Positions 1 through 8,238 of a DNA stretch of 64,000 bases are shown here, piece after piece. The notes beneath the pieces are model-generated. The model was not told the origin of the DNA. It was given only the letters and a program-made list of their open reading frames with translations, and ran no database searches. Source of the DNA: an uncultured Chloroflexia bacterium (GTDB taxonomy: Bacteria; Chloroflexota; Limnocylindria; Limnocylindrales; CSP1-4); assembly GCA_963748625.1 (NCBI GenBank), contig CAVVJT010000003.1:96001-160000 (forward strand). The letters are read 5' to 3'. The position numbers and the translations under genes were made by a program. Positions within the stretch are counted from its first letter, which is position 1; every line of letters begins with the position of its first letter.

Positions 1-18
1 GCCTCGTCGAGGTCTAGG

Positions 19-948
19 GTGGCCGCACGGCACGCACCCCCGCCGGCCGATGCCATATGGATTCCCGGGGATGCCGTCGCCGACCTCCACACTCACACCA
101 CCCGCTCCGACGGCGTGCTCGAGCCCGCGGAGCTGGTGCGGCAGGCCCACGCAGCGGGGGTGCGGCTCTTCGCCATCGCGGACCACGACAACCTCGCCGC
201 CTACCGGGAGCTGACCGCACCGCGCGCCGACCCACTGCCCGACGGCCTGGAGCTGGTGCCGGCCGTCGAGATCAACGCTGTGACGCGGCGCGCGGGGCTC
301 GAGCTGCCCGAGGGCGAGCTGCACATCCTGGGGATCGGCGTCGATCCATGGGATGAGGCCTTCGAGGCCGCCATCGCAGCCCAGCGCGATGCTCGCCGGC
401 GACGCTTCACCACCACCGTCGAGCGTCTCCGGGGGCTGGGCCTGCCGGTGGAGGAGCACCTGCCCGACGGCGTGCTCGAGAGCGATGACGCCCTTGGCCG
501 GCCCACGCTCGCGCGAGCGCTGATCGCCGCGGGCTGGGCGGTCGATGTCGACGACGCGTTCCGGCGCATCCTCGCGCACGGGCAGCCGGGCTACGTGCCC
601 CGCGTCGGCCTTGATCCGGCCGAGGCGATCCGCGCCGTCCGCGCCGCGGGAGGCCTCGCATCGCTCGCGCACTTCAAGGAGGCGCCGGGCCGCCTGCCGC
701 TGCTCCGCGAGCTCGTGGCCGAGGGCCTCGACGGCCTCGAGTCCCACCACCGCTCGTTCGCCGTCGAGGATCGCGAGCGCATGGACGCCGTCGCCATCCT
801 CCTGGGCCTGGTCCGCACCGGGGGCACGGACTATCACGGTGACCACGGGCCGTATGCGGAGTCCCACGCCGCGCTCGACATGCCGTCCGACCTCGTGGAC
901 GGCATGCGAACCGCGCTTAGGAAGCGGTTGGATCCACCTCGTCCTTGA
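19..948 (+). CDS. PHP-domain metal-dependent phosphoesterase (TrpH/YciV-like)
   Basis: DLHTHTTRSDG, AIADHD, VEIN, LAH, GGTDYHG motifs; start uncertain near the window edge. Confidence 0.9.
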   Translation: MAARHAPPPADAIWIPGDAVADLHTHTTRSDGVLEPAELVRQAHAAGVRLFAIADHDNLAAYRELTAPRADPLPDGLELVPAVEINAVTRRAGLELPEGELHILGIGVDPWDEAFEAAIAAQRDARRRRFTTTVERLRGLGLPVEEHLPDGVLESDDALGRPTLARALIAAGWAVDVDDAFRRILAHGQPGYVPRVGLDPAEAIRAVRAAGGLASLAHFKEAPGRLPLLRELVAEGLDGLESHHRSFAVEDRERMDAVAILLGLVRTGGTDYHGDHGPYAESHAALDMPSDLVDGMRTALRKRLDPPRP

Positions 949-1690
949 CGAAGGTGGGGCGCAGCTCGACGGGTTCGACCCGCTTCGCGTTCCGGCGCCG
1001 GCGCACGAGATTGAGGGCCTCCACGAAGACCGAGAACGCCATCGCCGCGTAGATGTACGCCTTGTCGACGTGGACGCCGAACCCCTCCGCGACCAGGGTC
1101 GCGCCGATCAGGAGCAGGAAGCTCAGCGCGAGGATCTTGACCGTGGGGTGCTCGTGGACGAACCGCGAGATCGGGCCCGACGCGAACAGCATCACGCCGA
1201 CCGCGGCCACGACCGCGATCACCATGACACCGACGTCGTTGGCCATGCCGATCGCGGTGAGCACCGAGTCCAGCGAGAAGACGATGTCGAGCAGGACGAT
1301 CTGGAGCAGGACCGAGCGGACGCTGGCCGTGCCCTTCTCGACCTGGTGCGCGGACTCGCCCTCGAGCGCCTCGTTGATCTCCGTCGTCGCCTTCCAGATC
1401 AGGAAGAGACCGCCCGCGAGCAGGATCAGGTCACGCCACGAGAACGCGTGACCGAGGATCGTGAAGGCCGGCTGGGTGAGCGACGCCAGCCACGACACCG
1501 ACAGCAGCAGCAGGATCCGCATGCCCATCGCGAGGAGGAGGCCGATCGTGCGGGTCCGGTCCCGGGCCGCCGCCGGGACGCGCTGGGTGAGGACCGAGAT
1601 GAAGATGACGTTGTCGATTCCCAGGACGATCTCCATGACCGTCAGGGTCACGAGCGCAATCCAGGCCTCGGGGGAGGTGATCCATTCCAT
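917..1690 (-). CDS. TerC family membrane protein
   Basis: MEIVLGIDNVIFI and DIVFSLDSVLTA motifs; ATG at 1690 lies 7 nt after TACCAT. Confidence 0.92.
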   Translation of the reverse strand: MEWITSPEAWIALVTLTVMEIVLGIDNVIFISVLTQRVPAAARDRTRTIGLLLAMGMRILLLLSVSWLASLTQPAFTILGHAFSWRDLILLAGGLFLIWKATTEINEALEGESAHQVEKGTASVRSVLLQIVLLDIVFSLDSVLTAIGMANDVGVMVIAVVAAVGVMLFASGPISRFVHEHPTVKILALSFLLLIGATLVAEGFGVHVDKAYIYAAMAFSVFVEALNLVRRRRNAKRVEPVELRPTFVKDEVDPTAS

Positions 1691-1794
1691 GATCGGGATG
1701 GTAACCGGCGCCGGTGCATCGGTGTGGCTGTGGTGCCGCTGCCGGCCGGACTGCGGAGCCGCCGGAACGTGCGGAGGCCTTACCATGCACGGTC

Positions 1795-3447
1795 ATGACG
1801 TCCCGCGCCCTGCCCGTCCTCGAGATCCTCCCGCCGGCAAGCGACACGGCGGATCCGCGCGCGCCGCTCGTCCCGTCCGACGCCCGCCTCGCCGAGTTCC
1901 GGCCGGAGGAGCGCTCGCTGCCGTCGTTCTTCGTCTGGACCCTCGGCTGCCAGATGAACAAGAGCGACTCGGAGGAGATGGCCGGCCGACTGCTTGCCGC
2001 CGGCTGCCCCGAGGCGGTGTCGATGGATGCTGCTGATCTCGTGATCATCAACACGTGTGCCATCCGGGAGACCGCGGAGGCGAAGGTGGTCGGTCGGCAG
2101 GGGCAGCTCGCGCGGCTCAAGGCGGCCCGACCCGGGATGCGCGTGGTGCTGACCGGATGCTCGGTCAGGGAGTCGAACAGGGATGGCCTCGCGCGGCGCT
2201 ATCCGGCGGTGGACCTGTTCCTCCGGCCCGACGAGGAGCCCGAGCTCGTGGACCGGCTGGGTCTCGGATCGGCGCAGGCGCCGGTCGGGGCGACCGCGAC
2301 GACCGCTGCCACCACGCTGGTGAAGGGCGCTGCTGTCTCGGATGCGACGCACCTCGTGCGTGCGCGCGCCGACGCGATCGCGGGCGGCGCGATCCAGCGG
2401 GACTCGGCGATCAGCGCCTGGCTGCCGATCATCTACGGGTGCGACAAGACGTGCACGTACTGCATCGTGCCGTTCAGCCGGGGTCCGGAGCGGAGCCGCC
2501 CGTTCGACGAGATCGTCGACGAGGCCCGCGTCCTGGCAGCCGCCGGCTACCGCGAGGTCACGCTGCTCGGCCAGAATGTGAACTCCTATGGCCACGACCT
2601 GGAGCCCGAGGCGCGGTTCGGGCATGTCGTCACAGAGCGGACCGTCGGACGCCGGCAGGACCGCTCTGCGCGTCCGGACCTCGCCGAGCTCCTCCGCGCC
2701 GTCGACGCACTGCGTACCCGCGACGGCGCGCCCGCCATCCCGCGGCTGCGCTTCGTGACCTCGCACCCGTGGGATCTCTCGGACCGCCTCGTCGAGGCGA
2801 TGGCCGCCTGTACCTCCATGTGCGAGTCGCTCCACCTCCCGGTCCAGTCCGGATCCGACTCGATGCTGCGCCGCATGGGCCGCCAGTACACGATCGAGCA
2901 CTACCTCGAGCGGCTCGGGCGCATACGTGATGCCGTGCCGGGCCTCAGCCTCTCGACCGACGTGATCGTCGGCTTCTGCGGCGAGACCGACGAGGAGTAC
3001 GAGGCCACGCTCGACCTCTTGCGCGTGGTCCGCTTTGACCAGGTGTTCGCGGCCGCCTACAGCGAGCGGCCCGGGACGCCGGCGACGAGGCTCGCAGACG
3101 ACGTTCCCGCGGCGGTCAAGAAGCGCCGGCTGGTGGACCTCCTGCAGGTCCAGGAGGCGATCGGCCACGAGCGCAATCGTGCGTGGCTGGGCCGGGTCGC
3201 CGAGATCCTCGTGGACCAGGTGGTGGCTCCCCGGACCCATGACCACGACGGGGAGGACGAGGCCGCGGGCGCATCGGAGTCGCGGGCCGCCTTCGCCCGC
3301 CTCCCCGACGGGGTCGCGCATCTCGTTGGCCGCAGTCGCGAGAACAAGCTTGTCCACGTGGCAGGTTCGCCGGACCTGCTCGGGAACCTCGTCAACGTCC
3401 GCATCGAGCACGCCGGTCCGTACGCGCTGCGGGGGAGCCTGGCCTGA
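1795..3447 (+). CDS. miaB: tRNA-2-methylthio-N6-dimethylallyladenosine synthase (radical SAM)
   Basis: TLGCQMN, NTCAIRE, GCDKTCTYCIVP (CxxxCxxC), TRAM-like C-terminus; adjacent to miaA. Confidence 0.96.
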   Translation: MTSRALPVLEILPPASDTADPRAPLVPSDARLAEFRPEERSLPSFFVWTLGCQMNKSDSEEMAGRLLAAGCPEAVSMDAADLVIINTCAIRETAEAKVVGRQGQLARLKAARPGMRVVLTGCSVRESNRDGLARRYPAVDLFLRPDEEPELVDRLGLGSAQAPVGATATTAATTLVKGAAVSDATHLVRARADAIAGGAIQRDSAISAWLPIIYGCDKTCTYCIVPFSRGPERSRPFDEIVDEARVLAAAGYREVTLLGQNVNSYGHDLEPEARFGHVVTERTVGRRQDRSARPDLAELLRAVDALRTRDGAPAIPRLRFVTSHPWDLSDRLVEAMAACTSMCESLHLPVQSGSDSMLRRMGRQYTIEHYLERLGRIRDAVPGLSLSTDVIVGFCGETDEEYEATLDLLRVVRFDQVFAAAYSERPGTPATRLADDVPAAVKKRRLVDLLQVQEAIGHERNRAWLGRVAEILVDQVVAPRTHDHDGEDEAAGASESRAAFARLPDGVAHLVGRSRENKLVHVAGSPDLLGNLVNVRIEHAGPYALRGSLA

Positions 3448-4385
3448 GCATCGCGCCGCTCGTCGTCATCGGTGGTCCCACCGCCACCGGCAAGACCGCA
3501 CTGGCCCTGGCGATCGCGGACCGCCTCGCACGCCACGGCGTCCCCTGCGAGGTGGTGTCCGCCGACAGCCGCCAGGTGTACCGGGGCCTCGACATCGGCA
3601 CCGCCAAGGCGACTGTCGAGGAGCGGGCACGCGTCATCCACCACGGAATCGACCTCGTGGACCCGGACCAGCCGTACTCCATCGCGGCATTCCGGGGCCA
3701 CGCCCTGAACGCCCTCGAGGCGCTCGGCGCACGGGGTGGCATCGGCATCCTGGCGGGCGGCACGGGCTTCTGGCTGCGCAGCGTCTTCGCCGGGATCGAC
3801 ACCGATGCGCTGCCGTCCGACGCCACGATCCGGGCGACGCTCGAGCGCGATCTCGAGACCGGCGGCCTCGGCCCCATGGCCCGGCAGTTGCGGCAGCTCG
3901 CGCCGCGTCTCGCGTCCCGCACGGACCTGCGCAACCCACGCCGGGTGGTGCGGGCGCTCGAGATCGCCACGATCGCGGGCGATGCGCCGCTGCCGGCGCC
4001 CGTCGGCTACCCGGCCCCTGTGCTGGGCCTGCAGCTGACGGTCGAGCCGGTCGAGCACCGCCGCCGGATCGAGGCACGGGCCCGCGCCCAGTTCGACGCC
4101 GGTCTGGTCGAGGAGGCGAGGGCGTTGCGCGACCGGTGGGACCCGGCCCTCCCGTGCTTCACCGCGATCGGCTACCACGAGTCGTGGGGGTTCATCGACG
4201 GCGCCTGCACGCTCGACGAGGCGATCGCACTGGACGCCGCCAACAACCTCGCCTTCGCCAGGCGCCAGCGGACGTGGTTCCGTTCGGAGCGTTCGCTGGC
4301 CGTCATCGATGCGACGGGCGACCTCTCCGACGAGGCCATCGCCCGCGCCGAGGCCTTCGCCCTGGACGCCAGCACGGGCGCGTGA
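3444..4385 (+). CDS. miaA: tRNA dimethylallyltransferase
   Basis: GGPTATGKT P-loop upstream of the listed ORF start, SADSRQVYRGLDIGTAK, GGTG, RRQRTWFR; probable CTG start. Confidence 0.95.
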   Translation: MSIAPLVVIGGPTATGKTALALAIADRLARHGVPCEVVSADSRQVYRGLDIGTAKATVEERARVIHHGIDLVDPDQPYSIAAFRGHALNALEALGARGGIGILAGGTGFWLRSVFAGIDTDALPSDATIRATLERDLETGGLGPMARQLRQLAPRLASRTDLRNPRRVVRALEIATIAGDAPLPAPVGYPAPVLGLQLTVEPVEHRRRIEARARAQFDAGLVEEARALRDRWDPALPCFTAIGYHESWGFIDGACTLDEAIALDAANNLAFARRQRTWFRSERSLAVIDATGDLSDEAIARAEAFALDASTGA

Positions 4386-4410
4386 CCGGCACCCGGTATC
4401 CTTGCGGACG

Positions 4411-5727
4411 ATGAGCCCGCGCGATCCGATCGACCTCGCACCCCCTGTTGAGAGAGCCTTCCTGCTCGCCGTGGACACCGGCGACGATCCCGGCTGGACC
4501 GCGGAGGACAGCCTGGGCGAGCTGGCCGCGCTCGCAGCCACCGCCGGGGCTGAGGTCGTGGGCGCCGAATGGCAGAACCGCCGCCACATCGACCCGAACT
4601 GGTACGTGGGCAAGGGCAAGGCCGAGGAGTTGCTCCAGGCCAAATCCGAGACCGGCTTCGAACTGGTCATCGCCGACGACGAGCTCAGCCCCACCCAGCA
4701 GAAGACGCTTGAGCAGCTGCTCAATGTCAAGGTCATCGACCGCAGCCGGCTGATCCTCGACATCTTCGCGCTCCACGCGCAGACCCACGAGGGCCGCCTC
4801 CAGGTGGAGCTCGCCCAGCTGGAGTACCAGCTGCCGCGCCTGACCCGCTTGTGGACGCATCTCTCGCGCACCGGCGGCGGGATCGGGACGCGGGGTCCGG
4901 GCGAGTCGCAGCTCGAAACCGACCGGCGCCTGATCCGCGAGCGGATCAAGAAGATGAAGGCCAAGGTGGAGGACGTCCGCCAGCAGCGCCAGACCACGGC
5001 GCGCGGCCGGGATCGCCGCCTGTATCCCACCGTGGCCATCGTGGGCTACACGAACGCCGGCAAGTCCACACTGCTCAACTCGCTCGTCGGCTCCGTGGTT
5101 GCCAAGGCCGAGGACAAGCTCTTCGCCACGCTCGACCCCACCTCCCGCCAGGTCAAGCTGGGCGAGGGCCAGACGGTGATCGTCACCGACACCGTGGGCT
5201 TCATCCACAAGCTGCCCCACCAGCTTGTCGATGCCTTCCGCGCCACGCTCGAGGAAGTCACCCGTGCCGACGTCCTCGTGGAGGTCGTCGACGTCTCCGA
5301 CGCCCATGCCCCCGAGCACCGTGCCACTGTGCAACTGGTCCTCGACGAGCTCGACGCGGGAGCCAAGCCCCGCCTCACCGCCTTCAACAAGGCGGACCTC
5401 CTGTACGCGGGCGTGGACGGCGACCTGCCCGCGCCTGCGGTCGCGGGCTCGGTCCTCGTGTCGGCGGCAACCGGCTTCGGCCTTGACACCCTCCGCGCGG
5501 AGATCGCCGCGCTCCTCGCGTCGCTCTGGGAGGAGGTTGACGTGGCGGTGCCCTACGCGGCGGGCGAGCTGCTCGCCCGGGTGCGGGAGCGGGGAACCGT
5601 CGATCTCGAGTACGGCGATCGCTCGGTGCGCGTGCGCGGACGCATGGCGCCCTCGATGGCCGGCGAGCTGCGGGCCGTGGCCAACCGCTGGCAGGCCACG
5701 CTCGAGGAGGAGGGCGTGCAGGCGTGA
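4411..5727 (+). CDS. hflX: GTPase HflX
   Basis: GIGTRGPGESQLETDRR, GYTNAGKS, FATLDPT, DTVGF, NKAD. Confidence 0.97.
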   Translation: MSPRDPIDLAPPVERAFLLAVDTGDDPGWTAEDSLGELAALAATAGAEVVGAEWQNRRHIDPNWYVGKGKAEELLQAKSETGFELVIADDELSPTQQKTLEQLLNVKVIDRSRLILDIFALHAQTHEGRLQVELAQLEYQLPRLTRLWTHLSRTGGGIGTRGPGESQLETDRRLIRERIKKMKAKVEDVRQQRQTTARGRDRRLYPTVAIVGYTNAGKSTLLNSLVGSVVAKAEDKLFATLDPTSRQVKLGEGQTVIVTDTVGFIHKLPHQLVDAFRATLEEVTRADVLVEVVDVSDAHAPEHRATVQLVLDELDAGAKPRLTAFNKADLLYAGVDGDLPAPAVAGSVLVSAATGFGLDTLRAEIAALLASLWEEVDVAVPYAAGELLARVRERGTVDLEYGDRSVRVRGRMAPSMAGELRAVANRWQATLEEEGVQA

Positions 5728-6320
5728 CCCAGGATCGCGACGCGTGGGTCAGGCTGACGGCCGTCGGCGCCCTCCCGGGCGGACGCCGGATCAGCTGGAC
5801 CGTTGCGGATGGGACCCGCGGGCGACGCTGGCGGGCCGCGACCACCGGATCCGACGGGCGCCTCGTGCACAGCCTGCTCCTCGAGACCACGCCCGATGGG
5901 ACGCCGACGCGGGTCGAGGTCACGGCGGCGGGTCGTCTGCTCACCCTGCATCCTGGCCCCGACGGGACAGCGATGCACGGCAACTGCGCCCGCGAAGGTG
6001 GCGTCGACCACATCGTCTTGCCGTGGGGCGAAACGTTCGTCCTCATGTTCGACGCCTCGCCGGTGACTGCTGCCGTTGCGGCCCGGACCCTGGCGCCGAG
6101 GGTCGGGGTAGGGGAGGGGGCCTCGGTGCCCGTCATCGAAGTCGGCGAGGACCTCGCCGTCCGGCATGCAACGTGGCGGGTCGCCCGGGTGGGACGCGGC
6201 CGCTGGCGATTGCTTGCGGCGGACGGCGGCGTGAGCACCACCGTGGAGATCGACGAGGACGGGCTGCCCGACCTTGCCGACGCGCGGCGCTGGCCCATGG
6301 AGGTCCGCCCGGCGGGCTGA
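5724..6320 (+). CDS. hypothetical protein
   Basis: GTGA overlap with the hflX stop and GGAGGAGG SD; no recognisable motif. Confidence 0.7.
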   Translation: MTQDRDAWVRLTAVGALPGGRRISWTVADGTRGRRWRAATTGSDGRLVHSLLLETTPDGTPTRVEVTAAGRLLTLHPGPDGTAMHGNCAREGGVDHIVLPWGETFVLMFDASPVTAAVAARTLAPRVGVGEGASVPVIEVGEDLAVRHATWRVARVGRGRWRLLAADGGVSTTVEIDEDGLPDLADARRWPMEVRPAG

Positions 6321-6400
6321 TCCGCGCCGGATCGGGGACAACCTGTGGACGGGTGTTGGCAACTCGTCCGAAGCCCTGCCGAAACTCGTGGATAACCGTG

Positions 6401-6430
6401 TTGTGAGACCGGTGCCGCCGCCCGTATTCT
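6401..6430 (+). promoter_or_regulatory. sigma70-type promoter
   Basis: TTGTGA-N18-TATTCT; predicted start about 6438. Confidence 0.55.
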
Positions 6431-6437
6431 TCGTCTT

Positions 6438-6556
6438 GCCCGAAGGGGCGGACGAACTGGTCGACGGAGCCGAAGGTGCTTGCACCGGCGGATCCCGAGG
6501 TCACCGCAAGTGCTTGCACAGGCGGGGACCGGACCGGGGAGGCGGTTCCTTCGGGC
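6438..6556 (+). ncRNA. candidate structured non-coding RNA, family unknown
   Basis: 5' GCCCGAAGGGG pairs with 3' TTCCTTCGGGC; two G-CUUG-C tetraloop hairpins; starts just after a promoter; followed by GTTTT. Confidence 0.5.
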
Positions 6557-6671
6557 GTTTTGCTGCCCCCGAGGCGAGGTGATCCTGCGGGCCGGCGTCA
6601 CGCCGGGCGGTCCTGGGCGTCCTCAGCAGTGAGCCGGGTTCCGGTGACGATGCGGGTTCTCGGAGGCCGCG

Positions 6672-7475
6672 ATGCGCACGGGGCGCTCCGCCGTTCTGAC
6701 CTGGTCGGGTCTCGCGCTGCTGCTCGCCGGCGCGTTCGTACCCGACCTCCGTATCGCGGCAGCCGTCCTGGTGGTTGTCGGATGGGGAACCCTGCGTGCC
6801 CGCGACCGGCCAGAGGCCATCGCCTGGGCAGCCGTGCTGCCGCTCGCCGTCGTCCTGCCATGGCCGCTCCTGCTGGGTGCCGATGTGCCGCTCGGCGAAC
6901 CGGCCTGCACGAGCCCGTTCTCCGCGATCGTCCTCCGTCGCCTCGCCGTCGCCGGGTTCGGGCTTGCGATCGTCGCGGCCCTCGCACGGGTGCACGGATC
7001 GTCGCGCCTCGAGCTGGGCGTCCAGACCCCCACCCCACGGGAGGCCACCCTCGCCGTCGCGGCCTGCGCCGTCCTCGTCATCGGCGGGCTGATCGTGGGT
7101 CCCCTCATCGCGCGCCCGTTCTTCGGCACGCTCGACTTCCCGGTCCCTCCGGCCGCCCTGCTGCCTGCCCTGGTGTTCGGAATTGCCAATGGGGTGCTCG
7201 AGGAGGTCCAGTACCGGGGGGCCATGCAGGCGTGGCTGATGCGCGTCAGCGCGCCATGGGCCGCGATCCTCGCGCAGGGGGTCGTGTTCGGCGTGGTCCA
7301 TGCCGGCCCCGAGGTGGTCGCCCTGCTCCCGGTCCACATCGCCCTGCTCGCTGGTGCCGGGGTGGCGGCTGGGCTCGTGCGCCGCTGGACCGGATCGCTC
7401 TGGCTGCCGATCGGGATCCACGTGGGTGCGGACATCGCGCTGTACGTGGGACTGGCGTGCAGGGCCGCCCCGTAG
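6672..7475 (+). CDS. CPBP family intramembrane metalloprotease (CAAX protease-like)
   Basis: EEVQYRG, FGVVH, HVGAD motifs; many TM helices. Confidence 0.88.
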   Translation: MRTGRSAVLTWSGLALLLAGAFVPDLRIAAAVLVVVGWGTLRARDRPEAIAWAAVLPLAVVLPWPLLLGADVPLGEPACTSPFSAIVLRRLAVAGFGLAIVAALARVHGSSRLELGVQTPTPREATLAVAACAVLVIGGLIVGPLIARPFFGTLDFPVPPAALLPALVFGIANGVLEEVQYRGAMQAWLMRVSAPWAAILAQGVVFGVVHAGPEVVALLPVHIALLAGAGVAAGLVRRWTGSLWLPIGIHVGADIALYVGLACRAAP

Positions 7476-7491
7476 GCTTCACGATCTGGGC

Positions 7492-8145
7492 GTGACCGCC
7501 AGTACCAGGTCCTTCGTCGTGCGCCACACCCGACTGCGACCCGTGCCCGGGCTCGAGACGGTCCGCCTCCACCTCGCCGATGACGTCCTGCCGCTCTGGG
7601 GCGCGATCCAGGAGGAGACCCGCGATCCGGACGCACCGCTCCCGTACTGGGCGTTCGCGTGGATCGGCGGCCTTGCCCTCGCGCGGTTCCTGGTCGATGC
7701 GCCGCAGTCGGTCCGAGGCCTGCGCGTGCTCGACTTCGCATCCGGATCCGGCCTGGTGGGCATCCAGGCGGCACGTTCCGGTGCGTCGGAGGTCCTCGCG
7801 GCCGACATCGACCCGTACGCCCATGCGGCCATGCGCCTCAACGCCCGCGCCAATGCGTGCCGGCTCCACCTGCTCTCGGGCGACCTCCTCGCCGGCCCAC
7901 CACCCCGCGTGGACGTGATCCTCGCCGGCGACTGCTGGTACGAGGCCGGGTTGGCCGCGCGCGTGCAGCCGTGGCTGGAGGCCGCAGCAGGGGAGGGGAC
8001 CGGGGTGCTGGTTGGCGATGCAGGGCGCCGCTATCTGCCCCTCGAACGGCTCGAGGAGCTCGCGTCGTACGAGGTGCAGACGACCACCGAGCTGGAGGAT
8101 CTCGCGCTCAAGCGGGGCCACGTGTTCAGGCTTCGTGATCCCTGA
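7492..8145 (+). CDS. class I SAM-dependent methyltransferase (lysine methyltransferase family 16-like)
   Basis: PYWAFAWIGGLALAR, VLDFASGSG, ILAGDCWYE. Confidence 0.88.
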   Translation: MTASTRSFVVRHTRLRPVPGLETVRLHLADDVLPLWGAIQEETRDPDAPLPYWAFAWIGGLALARFLVDAPQSVRGLRVLDFASGSGLVGIQAARSGASEVLAADIDPYAHAAMRLNARANACRLHLLSGDLLAGPPPRVDVILAGDCWYEAGLAARVQPWLEAAAGEGTGVLVGDAGRRYLPLERLEELASYEVQTTTELEDLALKRGHVFRLRDP

Positions 8146-8238
8146 AGGCGCCATCGTGCGTGGTACCGTTACGTCCGCCGCACCGATCGCGAATGAACCC
8201 GGCGTCCCCGGCACGCAGTTGCGACGCGGCGCACGAAT

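Noticed and set aside
1691-1794. yybP-ykoY riboswitch upstream of terC
   Set aside because: terC appears leaderless and the gap is filled by two divergent -10 elements
6334-6400. Replication origin
   Set aside because: Only one near-consensus DnaA box, no AT-rich unwinding element, no dnaA/dnaN nearby
6465-6530. Glycine riboswitch (GCCGAAGG...CAGGC..GGAC words)
   Set aside because: GGAGA and CUCUCAGG core elements are absent and no glycine-related gene follows
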